Source: Alphaproteobacteria bacterium
GTDB lineage: Bacteria; Pseudomonadota; Alphaproteobacteria; Bin95
Reading direction: 5' to 3'
NCBI GenBank assembly: GCA_963665325.3
Contig: OZ224045.1
Span: forward strand, 544,001-608,000
DNA length: 64,000 bases
Shown: one piece after another, positions 27,923 to 36,000 of the stretch
How positions within the stretch are numbered: the stretch's first letter is position 1
Layout of the letters: every line of letters begins with the position of its first letter
Translations under genes and position numbers: made by a program
The notes under the pieces: generated by a model
Told to the model about the DNA's origin: nothing
Database searches by the model: none
What the model saw: only the letters and a program-made list of their open reading frames with translations

Positions 27923-28747
27923 GTGAGTCATGAAGTCCATCTGTTCTTTGACGATACGGGAAGTCGACATCCAGACCATATGCCGCCCGAGGACAGGCGG
28001 GATGGAATGGACTGTTTCGGCCTTGGCGGTGTGCTGATCGATGAAGAAGATGTTCGAGCGGTCTTTGACGCGCATAGATCCTTTTGCGGGAGCTGGAGCA
28101 TTGACTATCCGCTGCATTCTCACGAGATACGCGGGGGCAGAGGGAATTTTGCCTGGCTCAAGAACCCTGAGCGTGCGATCGAATTTCTGCCGGCACTAAA
28201 TGACTTCCTGGTCGGCCTGCCCGCAATCGGCATAGGCGCGATCATCCACCGTCCGGGTTACGTGGAGCGGTATTCGGCGCAGTATGCAGGTCGTCCATGG
28301 CGAATGGACAAGACAGCGTTTTCGATTCTGATTGAGAGGTCAGCGAAGTACGCCCATTCAAGAGGACGTCGCCTAAGGGTTTTCTTCGAAGAATCAGGCA
28401 AGCAGGAAGATCGTGACATTGTTGCCTTCATGAAGGAACTCAAGAGGGAAGGAATGCCGTTCGACGGCCAGAATTCACTCGCCTACCGCGGACTGATGGC
28501 CGATGAGTTTCGGGATTTGGTTCTTGGGGAGCCGAAGCGACGGACCAAGAAAACACCGATGCTGCAGGTCGCGGATCTCTACCTGTATCCGATGGCCAAG
28601 GCGGGGTATGATCGGGACTACAGGCCCTATCGTGCCTTGATGGAGGCCGGGCGCTTGATCGACGCGATCTTGCCAGCGGAGGATCGCGCCATGCTCGGGA
28701 TCAAGTACAGCTGCTTTGGAGACGTGCGTCCCGACAGAAGAACATAG
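27923..28747 (+). CDS. DUF3800 domain protein (RNase H-like)
   Basis: LFFDDTGS, FGLGGVLI, LHSHEIR, PMLQVADLYLYP. Confidence 0.85.
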   Translation: MSHEVHLFFDDTGSRHPDHMPPEDRRDGMDCFGLGGVLIDEEDVRAVFDAHRSFCGSWSIDYPLHSHEIRGGRGNFAWLKNPERAIEFLPALNDFLVGLPAIGIGAIIHRPGYVERYSAQYAGRPWRMDKTAFSILIERSAKYAHSRGRRLRVFFEESGKQEDRDIVAFMKELKREGMPFDGQNSLAYRGLMADEFRDLVLGEPKRRTKKTPMLQVADLYLYPMAKAGYDRDYRPYRALMEAGRLIDAILPAEDRAMLGIKYSCFGDVRPDRRT

Positions 28748-28807
28748 GGCCCGGTTGCCCGAGCCCTATGTCGGCCGGCTTGGCCGACCCCGGAGCGTAA
28801 TGCTCTG
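28742..28807 (+). ncRNA. Candidate DUF3800-associated structured RNA (three hairpins)
   Basis: ACATAGGGC/GCCCTATGT, GTCGGCC/GGCCGAC and CGGAGC/GCTCTG stems starting at the stop codon; no U-tract. Confidence 0.55.
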
Positions 28808-28914
28808 ATAGGTGAAACATGGCACTGTCACTTCGAGGTGTCAAGAACGCCAGTCGTGCGCCGCTCGGCAGGGTAGGGCGCGATGTGCGGGACGATCATT
28901 CACCATTCTTAGGA

Positions 28915-29046
28915 GTGAAATTTCCGCCGATGCTCCAGGCGATCCGATCCGCCGCCTCGTGAATGGAATTCTGCGCCAGATGGGCGTATCTCGCCGTCGT
29001 CTCGATATCGTTGTGCCCCAGCAGCTTGCCGATCACCGGCAGGGTC
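28915..29046 (-). pseudogene. Tyrosine integrase 3'-end remnant (second copy)
   Basis: TLPVIGKLLGHNDIETTARYAHLAQNSIHEAADRIA; diverged direct repeat of 30990-31123. Confidence 0.85.
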
Positions 29047-30897
29047 GCCGTCGCGTCCGGCGCGGCCGGCCTCCTGGACGTAGTTCTCGAGCGAGCCCGG
29101 GATGTCAGCATGGACGACGAGCCGGATGTCGGACTTGTCGATCCCCATGCCGAAGGCATTGGTCGCGGCGATCACGCGGAGCGTGCCGTTCGCGAACTGC
29201 TCCTGCGTTTCCAGCTTGGCTTCCGGCTTCAGGCCAGCATGGTAGTGACCGGCGGCGTAGCCCTTCTCCTTGAGGAAGTCGGACACCCGCTCGGTGGCGC
29301 TTCGGGTCGCGCAGTAGACGATCGCGCCCGAGGCGCCTTCCGAAGGCAGCCCGTCCTCAAGCACGGAGACGATGTCGCCCAGCTTGCCGGTCTTGTCGGT
29401 CTGGATGACCTCGAATGAGAGATTGTCCCTATGCGCGCCGCCGTCGATCCGCTTGAGATCGACGCCAAGCTTCTCCTCGAAATGCTCGCAGATGTCGTCG
29501 ATGACGCCGGGCTTGGCTGTCGCGGTCAGGCAGATCAGCGGCGCCGGTTCGCTGTCGCCGGAATACTCCCGGATGAAGCGGGCGATGTAGCGGTAGTCCG
29601 GCCGGAAATCATGGCCCCACTTGGAGACGCAGTGTGCCTCGTCGACGACCCAGTATCCGACTTCCCTCTGCTCCAGGATGGACCGAACCGAGGGGTTTCT
29701 GAGCTGCTCCGGCGAGATGAGCAGCATCGAGGCATCGCCGAGACGGACCCGGTCGAGCGCGTCGTGGCGCTCGGGCAGCGACAGCAGGCCGTTGACGGTG
29801 ACGCAGGATGAGATGCCCTGACGCTTCAGACTGGCAACCTGGTCGGCCATGAGCGCGACGAGCGGCGAGATGACGACGGTGAGCGCGCCGGTCCGGTGAT
29901 ACCTGGCGAGCGCCGGCAGCTGATAGCAGAGCGACTTGCCGGTGCCGGTCGGGAGGATTCCCAGTACCGAAGTCTTCGCGAGCGCCGCCGCGACGATGGT
30001 CTCCTGGAGGGAGCGTCCGTCGTCGCCGGCGGGCTTCGGCCGGAATCCCTCGAAGCCGAACCACTGTTCCAGAAGTCTCGCCGGGTCGCTCCAGGACCGG
30101 CACCAGTCGCAGGCGGGATCCGTGCAGGACGTGTCGCGGAGCCTTCGAACAAGCACGCCGGCCTCAGGAAACTGGTGCCGGACCCAGGGCGGCATCACGG
30201 AGTTTTCGCCCGCCACCGAGATCCAGGAGAGTGCGTAGGCGAACGACCAACCGGTTCGCTCGGCGTCCGGGATCGCCAGTTCGATCTGGTGGGTGCAGGC
30301 CCGGCCTGCGAGGACGTTCCGGATCGCCCGTTGCGCTTCCGGGGCGTCCGGCCTTGGCGCATTCCTTGCTGACCGGAAGACCGCCTCGAAACCTTGTGGC
30401 TTCTCGGTCGAGGTTGCAAGCCAGTGGAGAGCCGTCAGCAAATCGGAGTCGTCTCGAGCGAGTTTCCGCAACTCGGCCAGCTGGTTTCGCAGCACGGTGA
30501 GCACGAGCCCGGCGTCGACTTCGGGGTCGCTGGCGCTCCCGGCTTGGAGCCGGCCGTCCTTATAGTGCTTGACCAGGCGGTGATACGGATTGCGGGGAAA
30601 GGCGAGCGGGTTTAGCCAGAGCGTATCAATCGGGGGCTTCGTTAGGAGTTGCAGGCTGGAACGTGCTTCTCGCAGATATGGCAGATCGTGCTGAATCACG
30701 TTGTGGCCGAGCACGAAGTCCGTGCCGGAGGAATAGGCGTCCAGCGCGAGCAGTGCCTTGGCGAAGTCGCCGCCACGATAGTTGCAGGTGTCGGCGGTTG
30801 CTGAACGGATGGCGGCGAAGCTGCGAATTCGGCCGGTGTTCGGATCGACTTCGAGGTCGACCGAGACGCATCGCGAGAGAAGCTCTTCCGTTCCCAC
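29040..30897 (-). pseudogene. DEDD-exonuclease-like + RecQ helicase, truncated after motif VI
   Basis: VDLE, LGHN...D, IDTL (exonuclease-like); PTGTGKSLCYQLP, VDEAHCVSKWGHDFRPDY, TATA, ATNAFGMGIDK, QEAGRAGRDG, then runs into integrase DNA. Confidence 0.85.
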
Positions 30898-30987
30898 CGG
30901 TTCTTTGGAATTCCTGTCGTGGATGAAACCGCATCGGATTTGCGCATGCTGCCGAGAGCGATGCGCAACTTAGCGAACGTCTACCGG

Positions 30988-31380
30988 CTAAAGAACATCC
31001 GCTGCAATGCTCTTGGCGACCCGCTCCGCCGCCTCATGGATGGAATGCTGCGCCAGGTGGGCATATCTCGCGGTGGTTTCGATATCGCTGTGCCCCAGCA
31101 GCTTGCCGATCACCGGCAGGGTCTCGCCGAGGGCCAGAGCCCTGGAAGCGAAGCTGTGGCGGAGGTCATGAATCCGGACGTCCTCCAGCCTCGCGGCTTC
31201 CCGCACGGCCCGCCAGGCGTTGTCGAGCGCACTCTCGCTGCAGCGCCCGTCCGGAACCCTGCCCGGGAACACCCACGGGTTGCCCGCCCGGCGCGGCAGC
31301 GCCTCCAGCAGCCGCACCGCCGGCGGCGGCAGCTGCACCGCGCGGGGACCGGACTTCGCATCGGGAAGACGAAAATACAC
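30988..31380 (-). pseudogene. 5'-truncated tyrosine recombinase/integrase
   Basis: LPDAKSGPR, WVFPG, IHDLRHSFAS, LLGH, TARYAH. The N-terminal part and first catalytic Arg are missing. Confidence 0.88.
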
Positions 31381-31480
31381 CCTAAGGCATTGTAAATATG
31401 GAGATATCTAATTTTGTGTAATCACACCGCATGCGGGTGGGTTCAACTCCGCGACCCCTCACGTCCCCGTAGGGCCTCTC

Positions 31481-31801
31481 TCACGGCAAGAGCTTGACCA
31501 GAGCGACGATCAGGCCGCCCTGGGCGATCAGCGCCCCGAACAGCCACTTCAACAAGTCGACCTTGACCGCCTCGATGGCGGCCCTGGTCTCTTGCCGCAG
31601 CGCCTCGATATCGGCCCTGGTCTCCTGCCGCAGTGCGTCCATGCCGGCCTCGACCCTGGCGATATCGGCCTTGGTCGCGAGGTTGGTATTGAGCAGGGCG
31701 ACATGCTCTTCGGCCAGGGTCTCGGCCTGCTTCTCGGTGAAGCCGCTCTCGGTCAGGCGCTTCACGAAGCGGTGGGTGTCGAACGCGATGGCCTCGGTCA
31801 T
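31481..31801 (-). CDS. DUF1640/CCDC90-like coiled-coil membrane-anchored protein
   Basis: AFDTHRFVKRLTESGFTEKQAE, LATKADI, duplicated ALRQETRA, C-terminal TM (LLKWLFG...). Confidence 0.85.
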   Translation of the reverse strand: MTEAIAFDTHRFVKRLTESGFTEKQAETLAEEHVALLNTNLATKADIARVEAGMDALRQETRADIEALRQETRAAIEAVKVDLLKWLFGALIAQGGLIVALVKLLP

Positions 31802-31906
31802 GCATCGATCATACATTCCCGCCGGCACGGAGCAAGGATCCCGCGGCCCCGGGGCTGCAAGCTCCAACGAGCCCAGCGATGAGCCGGTGCACGCTTTCGG
31901 CGGCGA

Positions 31907-32125
31907 TCAGTGTTCGGTCGAGTTCAGCTTCTCGCCGAGTTGCGTGAGCTGTTCACCGAGGCGCACCGCATCCTCGGGGACGAGCCCGAACTGAAGGCGC
32001 GTGGGCTCCCCTGCGTCCTCCCGGTACTGGATCTCGACGCCGACATGCACCGTGCCGTCGGTGGCGGTGAGCTTGCGAAGCCGCACCTTCTCGAGCGGCG
32101 GCACGAGCTTCACGGTATCGCTCAT
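31907..32125 (-). CDS. Small hypothetical protein
   Basis: MSDTVKLVPPLEK...; coding-like codon usage, no motif recognised. Confidence 0.45.
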   Translation of the reverse strand: MSDTVKLVPPLEKVRLRKLTATDGTVHVGVEIQYREDAGEPTRLQFGLVPEDAVRLGEQLTQLGEKLNSTEH

Positions 32126-32723
32126 CGCGCGGAGTCGCCCCGGGCTGCCGTCACCGGCAGGTCCTCGTACCGATCCGGACCAGATCGCCGCCCGGCGTCG
32201 AGAGTCGCCATGATGAAATCGCCCGGAGGTCTCATGTCGTTGGCCTGACGACGATATGACGCTCGCCATGCGTGAGCCCGCAGGCGCCGTCGTGCCCTCG
32301 GGCGTCGGTGTCGCCCGCGCAACCGGCGCAGCGAACCGCGGCCGTGGCGAAGGCGGTTGAGCGAAGCATGGCCACGACTATACCGCCCAATCGGTGGCGT
32401 TCGACAGCGGCGCGGCCAATCCCTTCGAGAGAGAGGCGGAGCCCGACATCGTTCCTGGGCTCGGCCCGCTTGATGTGGATGCGTGTCGTGACGTCCGCCC
32501 CTCGGGTGCGTCCGACCCGGCGCCGGCTGAGCGTCGGTCGGCGATGGTGGTCAAGGTGTGCGTCGCGCGGCGTTCGCTCTCTGTCGGCGTTCATTGTATT
32601 GATTTGCCGCCGGGTTCGGTTTACGGTTTGCGCAAGTGGGACAGGCGATGCTTGGCGGGATTGTGTGCGGCGTCGGACGGGGCGCGGGACGGTCAGCCGG
32701 GCGACAGGTTCGGAGGCGACACG

Positions 32724-33011
32724 ATGACCATGACGGACAAGACGCGTGACGTGCTGCGCGCGACGGGAGCGAGTGTTCTGGAGGCGCTGGGTCTGGACGG
32801 CAAGGCGAACGAACTGTTTTCGTCCGGGGGGTTGACAAGCGCCGCTGAGGGTTCCGACAGTATAATGGTCGCCGGGTCGCCGGGTCGCCGGGTCGCCGGG
32901 TCGCCGGGTCGCCGGGTCGCCGGGTCGCCGGGTCGCCGGGTCGCCGGGTCGCCGGGTCGCCGGGTCGCCGGGTCGCCGGGTCGCTCCACCTGCGTCTGCA
33001 CGCCGGCATGA
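32724..33011 (+). CDS. Leader ORF of the autotransporter, spanning the repeat tract and out of frame with it
   Basis: GGAGG RBS, MTMTDKTRDVL...SDSIMVAG followed by repeat-encoded SPGRRVAG; its stop overlaps ATG 33008. Confidence 0.55.
   Translation: MTMTDKTRDVLRATGASVLEALGLDGKANELFSSGGLTSAAEGSDSIMVAGSPGRRVAGSPGRRVAGSPGRRVAGSPGRRVAGSPGRSTCVCTPA
32867..32984 (+). repeat. Perfect octanucleotide tandem repeat, (GGTCGCCG)x14 + GGTCGC
   Basis: Counted directly: 14 identical units from 32867 to 32978 plus 6 nt. Confidence 0.97.
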
Positions 33012-36000
33012 GCGCGTTTGCATGGCTGCGCCGGCCGGGCCGTCCATCCTCCCCGCCTGAGACTTCCTCCTCCGCCGGCGGGCGCTGCGCGTCCCGCCGG
33101 CCGCATTCTTCCTCCGACAGTTTCGGTCTTTCCTCCGCCCGCGCCGCAGCGGGGGCGCGTCCATTATCCCGCCATCTGCGCCACGGCCTCGCCGCGGCGC
33201 TGCTGAGCCTTCCGCTGCTCGCCGGTCTGGCGACCGGGGCCGTAGCGCAAACGCCTCTCGCCGACAGAATCGTCCCGCCGGCCACCCTGACGGTCAATGA
33301 GGGCGACGGAAACATCGACATCACCCTGCCGGGGAAGCCTGGATATGATGAGGACGATATGCATATCAGTTCCACGACCGGCAGTGCCACTCGCGGCACC
33401 GGCAGCGTTTGCCAAGCTGGAGAGGATTTTCTCCTTCCCAGTACGAATTCGCATAGCATTAATGTCAGAATTGCGGACACAAGTCACACATTCAGCGGAT
33501 TCACCATGTGTGACGACAGCGACGATGAAACCGACGAGACATTTACGGCGCGTTGGCAGTCAACCGCCGGTTCTCCCTTCAACAGCAATGCCGCGAATTG
33601 CGCATCCACATCGTCTTGCACCAGCGAAATCACCATTCGCGACAACGACCCCACGGTGGTGACTCTCGCCCGCGTGGGCAGCGGCGCGGTGACCGAGGGC
33701 GGCAGGGTCGAGTTCACGGTGACGCTGGGCCGCGCGCTGGTGGCGGGCGAGACGATCGACGTGCCGCTGTCGATCTCCGGCACAGGGGTGACCACCGGCG
33801 ACTGGAGCCTGGGGGCGAAGTCCGGTGCGGCCAACACGGGCGTCGGCCTGCGCGATGTCGGCACGGCGACCCCGAAGGTGCGCTTTTCCGGTGCGGGCGC
33901 GCAGACGGCGACGCTGGAGCTGACGCCGACGAATGAAGGCACGACGGAGGGCGCGGAGACCTTCACCGTCGCGCTCGGCTCGAACACCGCCTTCGACGCC
34001 GCCGCGCTCGGCACCGATGTGGGCGGCGGCGCGGACCCGCATGGCACGGCCAACGCTTTCACCGTGGTCGTGAACGACGGCGGCGCGGCTCCGCTCGCCG
34101 CCAAGCCGTCCACGGTACGCGAGGGGGGTGTCAGTTTTGTCACCGTCACCGGTTTTCCGTCCAGCTGGGGCGCGCCCCGGATAAGGTCCCTTGCCGGCGC
34201 CACGGCGTCGCTCAGGTGCGACCATGCCGATGACGGGCTGCCCAACCTTTTTAACAACCTCGATGTCTGCGTCGGCCTGGCCGACGGCACCCGCACCCTG
34301 GGGCATTGGGACGGCGTCGCGTACAGGCTGACGCTGACCGTGGTGGCCGACGGCGTGGCCGAGAACGAAAGCCTCACGGTGACGTTCGAGGATTCGACCG
34401 ACGCCAGCAGGACCAGGACGGCCGACATCGCGCTCGACGACAGGTCGCCCCTGCCGTTCATCAGCCTCGAAGCGGTTGTCGGCACCAATCCCGGCGACGT
34501 GGTTTCCCCGTCCCCGCATGCCGTCACGGAGGGGGGTGCGTTCAACCTCCGGGTGAAGATGGATCCCTGGTTCAGGCTGGCCACTCCGGTCACCGTGAAC
34601 TACTACCTCGCCGACTACCACGGCGAGCGTGTGGTCCGGGGGCCGAGCCTCACGGATCCGAAGCGGGATCGGGACCCCAACCCCCGGAGCATCGAGATCT
34701 TGGCCGGGCAATCCGCTACGGTCATTCACATACCGACCGTGGCGAGCCCCGACCTCGATGGCGACAGCAAGGTGGAGGTCATCCTGCTGGGCGGCAGGGA
34801 CTATGCGACCAGCACGGGCAAGCTGACGCTCACGGTCCAGGACGCGGACCCGGTCACGAACATAGACGACAACACGCGGGCGCAGATGCTGGCCACGCCC
34901 TCGACGCTGACGCTCGGCGCCGATGCGGCTTCGGTGACGGAGGGCGGCGAGGTGACCTTCACGGTCACGGCCGCCCCGGCGCCGGGCTACGACCTCCCGG
35001 TGCACCTGGGCGCGTCGGAGGAGATGGGCGCGGGCCTGGACTATATCGGGCTCGAACGGGCCCGCACGGTGACGATCCCGGCGGGCGCGACCTCGGCGGC
35101 CTGGACGGTCACGACCTGGTCGGACGACAAGCAGCGCGCCGACGGCACGGTGGTGGCCCGGATCAAGCCGGGCGACGGCTACACGGCGGGCACGCCGTCG
35201 ACGGTCACCGTGGCCCTGCTCGACGACGACGCGCCGGCGCTGGACCCGTCGCTGGTGGCGCAGGTCAGAATACTTGCGGGGCAGACCCATAACGGCGCGG
35301 CGCATGTCCTGCGCTGGCGGCGGGTGCTGGTGGCGTTCGGGGTGGAGGCGTATCCGGGCGTGACGGCGATGACGGCGGCGCAAGCCGAGGCGAATGCCCG
35401 TCGCTACAGCAGCCCGCTCTGGCCCCGGATCGCGGAGGCGATCGGGGCGATCGGGGCGGCGGGGAGCGACCCCGCGCCGCAGCAGGCCGCGACGCAGCAG
35501 GCCGCACCGGCGGTGGACCCGGCGCTGGTTGCGCTGGTCAGGAGCTACGCGGCGGAGACCCATAACGGCGCGGCGCATGTGGAACGCTGGATGCGCGTGC
35601 TCGCGGCTTTCGGCGAAGACAACGGCCGTGCGCCGATGACGGCGGCGGAGGCGCGGACCTATGCCGACCGGGGCTGGACACGCTGGGACCCGGTGGTCGT
35701 GGCGATCGCGGCGCTGGAAGCGGCGCCCGAGCCGGAGCCGCAGCCCGTAATCCCGCCGGCGGTGAGCGTCGCGGCCGGGGAGGCGGTCTCCGAAGGCGGC
35801 GGCGCGGTGTTCACGCTCACGGCGGCGCCGGCCCCGGCATCGCCGCTGGCGGTCGAGGTGACGGTTGGCGCCGAGGGCGACTTCGGCATTGCCGCCGGCG
35901 CGCGGACGGTGACCGTTCCGACGAGCGGCAGCCTCGTGCTGACCCTGGCGACGGTCGATGACGGTACGGACGAGCCGGACGGCTCGGTGAGCGTGACCCT

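Noticed and set aside
28909-29040. C-terminal tail of the 662-aa RecQ ORF as real protein
   Set aside because: It is integrase DNA read out of frame after the deletion junction.
31437-31462. Complete tRNA or tmRNA gene
   Set aside because: Only a T-arm is present; no D-arm, anticodon arm, acceptor pairing or CCA.
32867-32984. Repeat tract as a CRISPR array
   Set aside because: Contiguous 8-bp units with no spacers and no cas genes.
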